This document shows, piece by piece, positions 24,681 through 37,095 of a stretch of 64,000 nt of DNA. The notes under the pieces were generated by a model. The model saw only the letters and a program-made list of their open reading frames with translations. It made no database searches and was not told where the DNA came from. Made by a program: the position numbers and the translations under genes. Positions within the stretch are counted from its first letter, which is position 1. Each line of letters begins with the position of its first letter. The stretch comes from Harriotta raleighana (lineage: Eukaryota), in contig JBNZDD010013715.1 in NCBI GenBank assembly GCA_050575255.1, positions 5,583,603 to 5,647,602 of the forward strand, given 5' to 3'.

Positions 24681-25959
24681 CAGTATATGGGTATCCCCCG
24701 ATTTACGTAATTTCGATTTAACAAAAGTAAATTTTTTACACTTTTTTTTGATTTACAATGTTTTGCTTTGTTTTAACAATTTTNACTCCACTAAAGAATG
24801 TTGGACTTCTAGGCATTTGAGTAAAATCATTTTCCTGTTGTTTACATCTCTATTCACTCTGTATAGAACTTCTGGAGGAGAAATACTATACAGTATATGA
24901 ATCTATGAATCTATGAATCCCCCGATTTACGTAATTTCGATTTCACAAAAGTACATTTTTTACACTTTTTTTGCTTCGTTTTAACAAAATGTTTTAATTA
25001 TACTTAATTTTTTTGCGCAGTATATAGTACCGTTTGGTGGAGTGTAGTGGAGTGAGTGTAATGAGTGAGTGTGGTGTAGTGAGTGAGCGAGTACGAATTC
25101 ACCCGAGCCCAGAAAGAATACATTTCACATTAATAATTTTATTGATTGAACCCCGCCACACATACACATACACACCATCCCAGACAGATACATAAGGATG
25201 TCTTTTTTTTTGGAAATAAAAAAAATCCTCCGTTTCTCTATTCTTCCAATTTAAATAATAAAAAGTCTTCGACAGAGAGGGAGGCAGGGAGAGAAGAAGT
25301 TTGCAGCATCAACCATTCTCAAATTGTGGCCGAAAGAGAGACAGAGAGAGAAAAAAAGGAGAAAAAAAATGAATGTAAGATATAATCCCAAAACAATGGG
25401 ATCATCCAAAAAATCTGTTACAGCAGATATAAACATTGCTGTGCACAAAGATGAACTCAGTCCCAGGGCGGTGGAAAAACTCGGCTTAAAAAGGTTGAAA
25501 GCATCAAGTCGAGTAAGACTTGTTCCCTGTCGGCACTAGCAGCTAAATGTACCTCAGTCAGTCATTCAGTATCGGGAAATTCACAGAAAAATCACCAAAC
25601 TAACACACAGTCTGACAAGCCATCGCACAAAATGCAAAACAAATCCAATGTGCCATTGGTGTACATGTTAGTTAAACACACACATGCAAAGTAACAGATA
25701 CCCTCACCTTTCGGTCGATTGCCTACACAAACCGTAGTATATTCCTTACGCAGTTAGTATTAAAGTACAGGTACCACCAGTACTCCTTCTTGCCTATGTC
25801 TGTTATTTTAATGGGTTTTGGGTCTGAAAATTTTGTCAAAAGAATGCATCTCGGATTATATAATGGGACCATATGGGAAAACCCATCCCGATTTACGTAA
25901 TTTTAATTTATGTAACAGTTTTCAGGAACGCAACCCTTTCATAAGTCGGGGTATACCTG
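24681..25959. mobile_element. Tigger/pogo-like (Tc1/mariner superfamily) non-autonomous DNA transposon, about 1.07 kb after removing the gap-associated duplicate
   Basis: TA on both flanks (24679-80, 25960-61); right end TAAGTCGGGGTATACCTG is an imperfect inverted match to left CA..GGTATCCCCCGATTTA; CCCGATTTACGTAATTT recurs near both ends; no transposase ORF. Confidence 0.6.
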
Positions 25960-26354
25960 TACTTGGAATCAATTTGTGAAATGAAATTATTCTTATAAAG
26001 CTTTCCCAATGGGATGTAACCAGATTATATACTCTCTGTATATTGCAGATTCAAATGCAAAGCTACTGATCGCATACACTCACATTTCATACATTCAATA
26101 TAAATTGCAACAGATCTTTCTAGTCCTTTCTGATACTTGAAATGTTTGCACTTTACAAATAATTAAATCTATATCTGTTCGCGAAACATTGTTATGTGAA
26201 ATTGGCTGCCACGTTCACCAACTCAAAAAAAATTCCACTTTACATTAAATCTTGTAAAGCCCTTTGAGACGTCCTTCTGACATAAAAGGCACTATATCAA
26301 ATGCAAGGATTCTTATTACAGTATTATAATTATTATAAAATATTAATGACCTAT

Positions 26355-26692
26355 AGGCTTACTTGTGGCTAAGTGGTTAGAGCACTCGCCTTACATGCCT
26401 TACAAGCATGAGACCTGTGTTCGAATACAGGCAGATCAGGGTGAAACCTTGGACAAGTTTCCTTACTCCACATGCCTAATAATAATCCCTTTCAAAAAAA
26501 AAACACAATAATAAAAAATTGGTCATTTCAATCCACGACTGTTTGTGGGACACTGCTGTGCGCAATTGGCTGCCGCGTTCCGCCCACAAATGTACAGTCA
26601 ATTCACTTTACAGTATATTCTGTGAAGCGCTTTGGGACGTTGATAAGATGTGAAAAGCGCTATATCAAATGCAAGGATTATTATTATTATTA
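26355..26692 (+). mobile_element. Young short-form tRNA-SINE, full length
   Basis: A box GGCTAAGTGGTTAGAGC, B box GTTCGAATAC, Deu segment TGTTTGTGGGACACTGCTGTGCGCAATTGGCTGCC, 3' stem AGCGCTTT/AAAGCGCT and (ATT)n. Confidence 0.88.
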
Positions 26693-27794
26693 CTGCTTTT
26701 AATATTATCATTCAAACAAATAAATACTAATAGCTAGAGCTGGAAATCGTTTGTTTAAGGAAGTAGGAAAAGACAATGAGAACAAATGATAAGCAGCTTT
26801 CAGGTTTGTTAGCATTCTGGCTTCAGCAGACAGGCACTGGAAATGACTCAAGAGAGGAAGAAAAAAATCACACGACTAAAAAGCCATCTTCTGTAATTGG
26901 CCTAAGCTGCACGAGAGCTGTTCTCACAAGTTCACAATACCAATTTTCTTTCTGCCATCCAGCACTCAATTCACTTTCCCTTGTTTTGTGCAGGACCATA
27001 ATCCGAGCTCAACAATCCGCTCTGCATATATTACTGCACAGACTGGAGATGATTCAGCCATACTGCTGATCAGTTTAATCATCCTCAGTTGCCTGCATAT
27101 GCAACATGCATACGTGCAAGGACAACCTGTTTTAATGAAATAGGAGAATGCCAGTGAGAACAGACGGTAAGCAGCACCCGTGGGATATGCCAGCTGGTAT
27201 GCCAGGTGATATAATGAGAAGCCATGGGGAGAAAATCTCGACTGGTATGAGAGGATTTGAGGCATGAGTCCACTGACAGTTTCTAGTGTAATCTTTCCGA
27301 TTTGTTCTGGTGCCAATTTGGAACATATAACTCAGGAAATGCACAGTGCGAATGTAGACTAGAATTTGGCAGAATTGGGGATGTATGACCTTCTGTCACT
27401 ATTGTAAGCCCATGAAATGTTTCATTCAGTATTCTAAAACCCTATCTAAAAAGTACTTTTCATGCTGATTCATCCCAAATCCACACAGAATCAGAATAAA
27501 GAAAATCTTAGAGTATATCTGCTCTTTTCATTCTGCCATCAACTCCTCTTGCACTTCAAATGCTGAGACAACTATCAGGAAGCAGTTTCAGCCAAGCATT
27601 GACTCACAGTGTAAAAGTGTCATCTGTTCAGAAATGATAAAGTGGACATTTTCAGCTGAGGGTCAATTTAATATTATTTGATTTCTTAATTTTAAACCCT
27701 CATTTTAGGCCTCATTGTGGTATCTGGAAATACATCAAATAAACCTGAGGGAACATCATCCAAAATATGGTAGAGTGGGCATTACAGACATTTG

Positions 27795-28050
27795 ATACAG
27801 CAACAATAACAACAACAACTTCATTCATATAGCACCCTCCATGCAGGGTAGCATCTCAGAATGCCTGACAGTAGCATAGTCTGACCCTGAGCTGAGGAGG
27901 GATTTGGGGGGCGTGGCCATAAACACAGTTGAACAGCAATGTTTTCATGTGGGTCTTGAAAAAGGGAGAGAGGAGGTAAGGCAGAGGGATTGAAGGAGAG
28001 AGTTCCAAAGTTTCGGGGGAACAGTGGCTAAAAGGGGCGGAGAGTCCAAA
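27795..28050 (-). mobile_element. L2 3' tail, degenerate
   Basis: PPKLWNSLLQSLCL and FFKTHMKTLLF translations; (AAC)n terminus. Confidence 0.65.
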
Positions 28051-28467
28051 GTCCGAGCAGTCAGCGTTGTTAGTGCTGTTTCCTTGAAATTCCATGACAC
28101 ACTTCTTGATAACAGGACAAAATCCACTTGGATTCCTTAATTAAATACTACAAAATTACCCCAATCATATTTTAAATGTGGTCATTTATCTTCATCCAAA
28201 CTATTTTTCAATTCCTGGTTGCATTGGCTACACCACAGAGCAATTCATATCCGTTAACATCAAACACAGCCAGGAACATAAGGCTCATTCATTGGCTTAA
28301 TTAAGTTATTGAACCATGATCAAGCGTTCCAGATCTGGTCACAATTCACAGGATGCATTTACATCAAGAAGATTGGCTGGAAATATAATGATTCATCTCT
28401 TCAAGCAACTGAGATTGCATATGTTAATCAGGATAACAGAGAAGTAGACAAGTCAATAATGGACGTG

Positions 28468-28850
28468 ATGTCAGCCTGGCTCAGTTGGTAGCACTCTTAC
28501 CTCTGAGCCAGAAGGTTTTGCTTCCCATTCTAATGTGAAGACTTTGAATTCATAGGCTGTGCTAGCTGACATTTGAATACAGTGTTGGGAATGCACAACA
28601 TTGTCAGGGCAAGAAAGGTGGATGAGATGTTAAAATGATATCCTGTCTGTCTATTCAAGTGGGCATTAAAGGTTCCATGACACTCTTTGAAAAGAAAAGT
28701 GAGTTACCACCTGTGTTCTGGCCAACAATCCTCCAGGTAAAAATTGGTCATTTGCTTCATGGTTGTTTGCAAGATGTTGCTGTGTTCAAAGTGGCCTCAT
28801 CAACAATGAACAAACACTACACTTCACAGCAACTCATGTAAAGTACTAAA
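28468..28850 (+). mobile_element. Old Deu-domain SINE
   Basis: TGTCAGCCTGGCTCAGTTGGTAGCACTCTTACCTCTGAGCCAGAAGG head; GGATGAGATGTTAAAA..CAAGTGGGCATTAAAGGTTCCATGACAC core. Confidence 0.7.
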
Positions 28851-29429
28851 TTAACTGCAAGGATTATTTCAAGGATGATGAAGTGGAAGGATTATACTAT
28901 TCATTTCATGGGCTGTTTGTGAAACAATGCTATGTGCAAATTGGCTTCCGCATTCATATACAGAATAGTACACTTTACAATAACTCTTGTGAAGCATCCT
29001 GCTTCCTAAAGATGCGAAAGGCATTAATTTTGAAATAATGCTGTCTCTCTATACAGTTTTGGGGTTACACGTTGTGACATGTGATAACATTTAGTACACA
29101 AACTGTTAATTAACACATTGTTAAACAAAGTAACCCATTGATTACGTTAATTGTCAACTCGTCCATGAGTTTGCTGCAACCAGACACTCCCTCCCCTCCT
29201 TTCCACAAATGTTGTGTCCAGATGGCTGCATTGTATATTGGTCGTATGGTTAGCAGGATACCATCTTAACACTTTTTTTTAATTGAACCAGTATCCTGCT
29301 ATCTGGCAATCTAATATTTCTCACCATATTTCATGATGTTAATCCCATTCCAGACCCAGATATATTTATCCAGCACTTCTTTGTTAATATTGAAGATATG
29401 TGAAAAAGCTGGGAGTTGTTATAATATAT

Positions 29430-29757
29430 TACAATAATTCTTGCATTTGATGTAGCACCTAGTTGTGTCATTGAGATTTTTCAAAGTGCTTTGCAGAATA
29501 TTTTGTTAAGTGGACGACTGTATATTTTGCAGGCAAAACGCAGCAACCAATTGCACACCACAGTGTCCCACAAATTTTTTGAAGAGATTACTATCCCTGC
29601 TTCGCTGGCTAAACGTTCTGACAATCAGTTAATAACTGAGATCCTACTTACTGCTAAGATAATCAGAGGTGTTCAGAGAAGGAAAACTTGCCTAAGATGT
29701 CACCCTGCTAAATTGAACCCGGGTTGTCTGCGTGAACCACTAGATAACGGGACTGCA
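29430..29757 (-). mobile_element. Long-form tRNA-SINE, degenerate
   Basis: Minus strand carries CCTCTGATTATCTTAGCAGTAAGTAGGATCTC module, Deu segment and tail. Confidence 0.65.
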
Positions 29758-30076
29758 CAAAAAAAGACCTTTGAAGACCTGATACTTGTTAAAAGGGCTA
29801 GGAACATCGGTAAAGCCCCAGCCTTAGACATGAAAGGGTTTGCTGGTGAGGTAGTCTCTGCCAGGATTTGTAGTCAGTATGACTTGACCTATCAACAATG
29901 GCTCCACTCTAATGCTGCATTTTATACTATAATGTTTGATGGCAGGCATGCAGTTTATGTCAGTGTTGAGCCATTGTAAACGCAGTGGAGTCTCGCTCCT
30001 GACAATACCTGGAGCAATGTAATTCACATCCACTGCAGTGAAGATGCATATTATGTGACTGGCATTTTAATAACAG

Positions 30077-30382
30077 TGGAGTGCTGTACCTCAGTGGTTA
30101 GAGCACTCGCCTTACAAGTGAGAAACCTAGGTTTGTTTCCCGGCAGGGCTAAACCGTGGGCATATTTCCCCCACTTGCATCATAATATTCCCTCAAAAAA
30201 ATATATAAATTGGTCATTTCAATCCACAACTGTTTTTGCGACACAGCCGTGTGCAATTTGCTGCCACGTTTCGCCTACAAATATACAGTCAATTCACTTT
30301 ACTGTTTATTCCGTGAAGCACTTTGTGACGTCAAGAACACTTGAAAAGTGCTATATCAAACGAAAGGATTATTATTATTATT
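30077..30382 (+). mobile_element. Young short-form tRNA-SINE, full length
   Basis: CTCAGTGGTTAGAGCACTCGCCTTACAAGTGAG head through the GGATTATTATTATT tail. Confidence 0.85.
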
Positions 30383-31474
30383 TTAAAAAATGATTTTTGT
30401 GTAAATAAACCAGGCTGTGCATGCAAACTGCAACATTGGGTCCTTGATTTTTTTTTACACATTCTCTGATTCAAGTCTGAGGAGTTAAAAATCATGCTTC
30501 TGACTTCACAATAGTGCTAAGTGTGAAACATCGTTGCACCCTGCTGTAAAAATACAGCATCCGAAAAGTGTTGAGGCTGTACTTATACTCAGCTTCACTC
30601 AATGCCTTGCTACACAAACTGTGGGTGTAAATCCCCACTCAGCTTCAATGGAGTCTTCCATAATCTTCCAGCATCATTATGTTCGACTGCAGATCTCAAA
30701 GCATTTTGGTTTAACAGCTAAAAAAAAATTGCATTCCAACATCATAGCCAGTGAAGCCTGAAATCTAGCCTGAGGATAAAGCAAATGCAAGAGCACAACA
30801 TGCACTCAGGATGATTAATTCACGTTTTACATTAGCTCACTGTTACTGGCCAGAATATAGGTTTATTGGCCATTTGAAGTAAATACAGCGGATTAGTGGA
30901 AAAGCTAAAGAAAAGCATGTGAAGACTTCTCATTTTAGGATATTACTATCTGCTGCTTCTTCAATGAAATCCGAGTTAACTTAATGCATGAAAATAGTTG
31001 TTGGGAATTTACATTCATGTGAGCATGTTTGACAACAATAAACAGTTATCAGCCTGTCGCAATTAAAAAGAACAAGCTCTGACAGTCAGTAATTGAAAGC
31101 ACTGCAGTGAAATCCCACAGTTGCTTTCAGAAAAACAACAAACAGACCACACTGGCAAGCATTGATTTGCAGTACTTTTATAACAGGCCTCATACTGAGC
31201 TCCAAACACAGAATTGTTGCAGAAAAATAACCTCTTGCACATTTATCCCAATCCTTAGCATTGTAATAAAAGCAAGGTTTGATATAGCACCTTTCACATC
31301 CGGGTGATGTCTCAAAGAGCTTCATAGAATACATTGTCAAGTGGAGTGACTCATTTGTGGAAGAAAATGGAGCTAACTTGTGCAATGTTCCATCCCAATG
31401 TAGGGCTACAACCCATAATGTTCTAACTCAGAGGTGAAAGTGCTATCTACTGGGACAGCGTGACACACACAATA

Positions 31475-31850
31475 AGTAAGTAATCCTTGTATTTAATATA
31501 CCTTATTATCTCAAAGAACTTCATGGGATTGTGCTCTAAAGCATATTTATGATATTTTTGTAGGTAAATGCAGCTGTACACAGAAATGTCCCACAAATAG
31601 CCATTAAGTGATTGACCAATTTTATTTGGGAGATTGTTGGTCAGCATACCAGGAGAAACTTTATTATCTTTTCAAATAGTGCCAAGAAATCTTTAATGTT
31701 CACCTAAGCAGGAGCCTTGTGTTTTATCCATGACAAAGCAGGGTAGCCTGAACAGTGCAGTGGAAAATTAGGTTTGCCTACTAAGATTCCCAACATGGAA
31801 CTTGAACTCACCACCTTCTGTCTCAGACACAAGAATGCTTTAAACTGAAC
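31475..31850 (-). mobile_element. Old Deu-domain SINE
   Basis: TTTTCAAATAGTGCCAAGAAATCTTTAATGTTCACCT core, tail AATCCTTGTATTTAATATA and a degenerate head near 31800-31850. Confidence 0.55.
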
Positions 31851-33464
31851 TAACTAAAATACCGTATGCGCACTCCTGTTTCCAACACATTTAAACATTT
31901 GAAGTTGTGTGTGTAAATGAATCAGAATTATTGAGTCGCTCTCATCTACATAATTTGCCATTCGTGGAGTCAATGCGGCGATTATTTGGTTGAATAAACA
32001 AGGATAGCCCACAGCAATAAAGAACAAAGTTACAAATAGAACAATGAAATATTTCTATAGCTGCTTTACAATCTAGGTCCATTTAAAATCAGGTGAAAGT
32101 ATCATCAGTTCCCTCAAACAAATCTGCTTTAATTTGCTTTAAGGGGAAAGATCAATGACTTGTCATGTTGGTACAAGAATAAATCTGCAGGATTGATTGA
32201 TTAATCCAATACAAATCATTCCAGCATTTGGTCATGCATAATATCAGCTTGTTGATGCATCCTTAGTATTGTATAAACCTAAATAATTCAGGTTCAGTTT
32301 TCAACAATTTTAAAATGGCAATCAGATTTAATAAGCAGTCATCTGATTATTCCACTGTGCTCCATTTCATGCTCCATTCCCTCTGACTGAAACACATCAA
32401 TATTTGAGTAACTATTTAAACAAACGCACCCTCTAATTTCACAACTGTGATGAATTAGAACTGATACATTTTCATGGTTAATTGTATTTTGTGACTGAAA
32501 TAAAATAAGGATACTGGCACAGATGTGTTGTCTTTTAAACTTGTTTTTCACAAATGTGTTCTACCCTGAAGAGTTGAGGGATATTCATTTTGAAAAACAG
32601 TTCATATTTGGAACAGCCCAGTGAGTGTAACATGTGTTATTCCCTATTTCTGGATAATGTTTTATCCTGTGTTTATATACACTGTATAACATATATATAT
32701 ACTGCAGATATATGTCAATATTTTAAAATATTTATGGTACTCTCTTGCCTCTTTCAAGTTCCATTTGAAGACCTTTCTCTTCGACCATGGCTTTTTGCTA
32801 CGTGATCTTGGAAGGGAATTTGGCTGTAATCTTGTTTGCAAAGACATTGAATGCCATCAACAAGATATGTGAAATTTGGTGCCCCAGAATGATTAACTCC
32901 AGGAGCTGGCACTGCTCAGATTTGATAGTGCGTCTTTCAATTCATTTGAATAATTGAGCTTCTATAAAACTGCAGTGGGCTAAAGTTGCTGATAACAGTG
33001 GTTGCACTTCTATTGGATGGTTTAAGCACTGAGATGGGAAAGGCTCACATCGGGATCTGTAATAATCCTTGCATTTAATGTGGAACGTATATTGAAATGC
33101 CTCAAAGTGCTTCTGTCTAAATATTTATTGGCAAATGGCTACACCAACTACCTGAAGTGGGTCCCTACCCTGTCATGTGATCAACTTCTGTAATCATTTT
33201 GTACTCTCCCCTGTAGCTTTCAACTGATCAACATTCAGTATCTGTGAGTGACAATGTTCCGCCAAGAACCCACTTCAATTTTTCAGTAAACTGCAACCCC
33301 AAGCTTATCCTTAAAGACCTGCAGTGATTGAAACTGCTATCTTGCCCTCACTGTTACTCTTGCAGCATTGCCAAATGCTCAGAATACTGTCACTTTTCCC
33401 AACCACCAGTGACAAGTCGTTGCTTTCAACAATGGTGTTCAAAATGGCAGCCTTCCACCAACTC

Positions 33465-33735
33465 CCCCTGCCCCCTGATTTTTCCCCCTTTTTATTCTTC
33501 TCCTTCCCTCTCTCCCTTTCCTCCCTCTTCCCCCTTACCCCCCTTTCTCCCTGGTTTTGCCTCCTACCCACCCTTCCCTCCCTCTTCCCCCTTACCAACA
33601 TTTCTCCCTCTTTGCCCTCCCTGATTTCCCCCTTGTCCCCCTTTCTCCCCCCCCTTTCTTCCCTGATTTTACCCCACCCCGCTTTTCCCTCCATTTCTCC
33701 CCCTTGCCATTTTTTCCCCCCTTTTTCCCCCCATT
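33465..33735. repeat. Polypyrimidine (C/T) low-complexity tract, about 270 bp
   Basis: Almost pure C/T runs on +; produces the spurious Pro/Leu/Ser- and Gly/Lys/Arg-rich ORFs. Confidence 0.9.
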
Positions 33736-34394
33736 TCTGCATGTGTTTGTGGGACACTGCTGTGCGCAATTTGGCTGCCGCGTTTCGCCCATAAATATAC
33801 AGTCAATTTTTCCTACTCCTTTCCCTGAGCCCTCCCCCACTACTTGGCTGTACAGCGCTTTGGGACGTCCTCCCGACGTGAAAGGCGCTATATAAATACA
33901 ATTTTGATTTTGATTGATTGAACATGCTTAAGGACCAGCAGGCTGCAGGTAGAATGTGGCAGGCAGTAGCAAGGAAGCCATAGAGCATACGCTGCCACAC
34001 TTTGGCTGAAGGGAGGAGAAAGCAACCTTGTTGCCTACACCCTGCAGCATATGAAGAATATATACTCTCACATGTTTCTGCCCCCAAGCTTCATTTGGTG
34101 TGCTTTGGAATAGCAAAGCCACATGAGGGTACAACAGTTTTATTCTTGTCATTTATGAATCCATGTACATTTTTAATATCTCTACAAAACCTTTCAATTT
34201 TTCCTGCCCTTCCTCACTGGAAGAGAATTTCATATTTACATTAAATGTATAAATGCATGCAGTTTCTATAAATCTGTCAATCTCTAACGTTTTTATTTTC
34301 TGCTTTCAATACTTATTTGTATCCCTCCCCTCCAGGGTAGGACAATTGGCAGGAGTTGTATACATTTTGTGATACAGGGTATAACAGGGCATAC

Positions 34395-34677
34395 AGGGCA
34401 TGATACCTGGTGTTCAAATCCAGGCAGATCAGGGGGAAACCTTGGATAAGTTTCCTTATTCCAGATGCCTAATAATAATCCCTCCAAAAACACACAATAA
34501 TAAAATTGGTCATTTCAATCTATGACTGTTTGTGGGACACTGCTGTGCGCAATTGGCTGCCGCATTCTGCCCACAAATATACATTCAATTCACTTTACAG
34601 TATATTCTATGAAGCGCTTTGGGACATCGATAAGATGTGAAAAGCGCTATATCAAATGCAAGGATTATTATTATTAT
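34395..34677 (+). mobile_element. Young short-form SINE lacking the A-box half of its head
   Basis: Near-identical to 26410-26692 from the B box onward. Confidence 0.85.
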
Positions 34678-36189
34678 AACATAAAGCCCGGGTGTGTGAA
34701 ATTCAAATTTAGAAGTGCGTAATAAAAAGAAATCCTTACATTTGATATAGTGCCTTATCACTTTATTCAAGCATCTCAAAGAGCTTGACAGAAAATATAT
34801 TGTTTTGTTGTATAGTGTATTTCTGTTTGTGTTTCAGATTTCCAGCATCTGCTGTATTTTGCATTTTTGTTATTGTATAGTGGGTTGACTGTATTTTGTG
34901 GGCAAACGCAGCAGCAAGTTTGCTTACAACAATGTCATTGCCACTGTACTCAGAAAATGCCAACCTGCTTCATGTCTGCCTTCTGAATACTCCCCCACCC
35001 TCACCGATCTAGTGGGAAAGCTTTCTGCCATTCTGCCGCTGCTTTCTGGAATTTAATCCTGGAGCCTCTCCCCTTTTCCCCACCGTCCCCATCATGAAAT
35101 CCAATTTTAAGACATATCTCTTCAAACCCACTTTTGGTGTCCTACTTTTCTCAGCTCCTCCCCACACCCTACTCCGAGCTCAGGACCACAGTCAGTTGTG
35201 TAGAGCACTTGCGATGCCCTTCCTGTACATGAATGTATAAATGTTGTTGATGGCCACCACCGATGATGATCAGATACTTGTTTGGGTATCTTTGGCTCTT
35301 TAATGTTGAAATAGCAATGATGTCAATTAGCAATGGTTCCCGAGTGCGCAAAAGGAAAGATCGAATGATTTCTAAATGTGTTGTGACATCCATAAATTCA
35401 CATAAGAAGACTTCCTGCATTTACATGAGCATTTGACAGTAAGTGTCTTGTTTGCATTAACATACTCAGTTCTCTCACCAGTGAGACATGTGGTTTCATA
35501 TTAAATACAGTAATTTAGTTTCCCGCACCAAATAATTTGTTTTGCTCTTGTCCCATGAGAATTCAGATTTTTGTAATGCTGTTACCAACCAGCGTATGGC
35601 TTTTAGTGGAATTATTTCCGCACCATAACATCACATAGATTTCATATCATGTTACAGCCCTGACTAAGCTATTGGCTCAACTGGAAACAGAAACATAGAA
35701 ATCTACAGTGCAGAAGGAGGCCATTCAGCCCACCGAGTCAGCACTGGCTCACGGAGCAAGGAGATCAATTCAATCCCACCGGCCCACCTTATCCACATAC
35801 CCCTACAACCCCCTTCCACTTATATTTCTCTCTACTCCTGATCCCTGCCTTGGAATGTCCTCCCGACATGAAAGGCACTCTACAAATGTAATTTTCTTGT
35901 TATTATTGTTGTTGTACTTCCCTCTTGAAATCTACAATGGACTCTGTCTCTATCATCCAACTAGATAGGGCATACCGCATCCCATCAACAATCCAGGTGA
36001 AAACTTCCTCTCAAGTTCTCCTTTTACTATGGCAGTCAGGGTTGATGTTTATACTCCAATATGTCTTCACTGTTCCTAATCCCCTCTCCCATACTTCTCT
36101 ATTCCCTTCTCTCTCATGTAATCACAAACTTAGAAAAGAAGCATAGAGGCACTGAAGTGATAATGAAGGATCGACCAATTTACTTGATA

Positions 36190-37095
36190 TGGATAAGGTG
36201 CCACCTTATCACCTTATAAGTGATAAGGGTATATGAACTAAAGTTAAGGTGCATGTAATTGGATGAAATCTCGTAACGTGGATAGAATATTAATTGGGAG
36301 ACAGGAGGCAGAGAAATGGGATAAAAGAGACATTCACTGATTGAGAAGCAAAGACAAGTGATGTCCCCTATGCAGTAGTGCTAGGAATCAATGTTTTCAC
36401 TTTTATATAGGAATAGTGGGGGATGGGTGGGGGGTGCATCCAATTTTCAGTTGATGTTAAACAAAAAGATTTTGTAAATTGTGAAGAAGAAGGCAGATAA
36501 TTACAAAGGGAAATAGTCATCTTAAGCATGTGTGAGTTATGGAAGATAGAGATCAGCTAGAGATCAGCACAGCAACATTTGAGGTTGGTCACTTGCGATC
36601 CCATCATTGCCAGACTGAAATACATTCTAAAAGGGGAAGCCTAAGGATGGACAAATGGATTTAGGCACCCGAGTAAATAAATTCTTAAAAGCTAGTTCGC
36701 AGTTAGAAAAAGGAATAAACAAGGTCAAGGCTTTATCATATATACAAGTGGTTTTCTAGTTATACAGGGAACTGGTTAGCTTGGTGAGGTTGAGTGTGCA
36801 ACCATGGAGGTTGATGCTGCCGATGCTTGATGTATGAAGGTGTTGGCACAAACTAATCAGGAGGGCCTCGGTCTTGCTGACATTTAACTGTAGAAAGTTA
36901 GCTCTCATCCAGGACTTGGTCTCATCCAGACCAACGATATAGAATTGATTGGGATATTTAAAAGGGAGATAGACAGATTTGTGATAAATAAGGGTATTAA
37001 ATGATATGCAAATGGGATTAAAATATCTCTCAGGATCTAATAAACTGATGAATCAGCTTGAACAGCTGAAAAAACCTACTGCTGTTCGTATGTTA
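36190..37095 (+). mobile_element. Degenerate CR1 RT-to-3' remnant with an antisense L2 fragment (~36760-36930)
   Basis: GATAAGGTGCCA (DKVP), W..WL..RRQR and GVP.GSVLG relics; CR1 tail ACCTACTGCTGTTCGTATGTT near 37075-37095. Confidence 0.55.

Noticed and set aside
25324-25539. 71-aa basic ORF inside the Tigger-like element as a transposase
   Set aside because: No HTH/CENP-B or DDE motifs are recognisable, and its N-terminus derives from an A/G-rich simple tract.
26472-26702. Recurring peptide 'TVCGTLLCAIGC...KRYIKCKDYYYY' in several ORFs, resembling a gene family
   Set aside because: It is the conceptual translation of the SINE body, not a protein family.
29491-29979. 162-aa ORF
   Set aside because: The first half is the antisense of a SINE, it starts at TTG, and no domain is recognisable.
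33311-33895. Overlapping 82-156 aa ORFs on both strands
   Set aside because: Produced by the stop-poor C/T low-complexity tract and adjacent SINE sequence.
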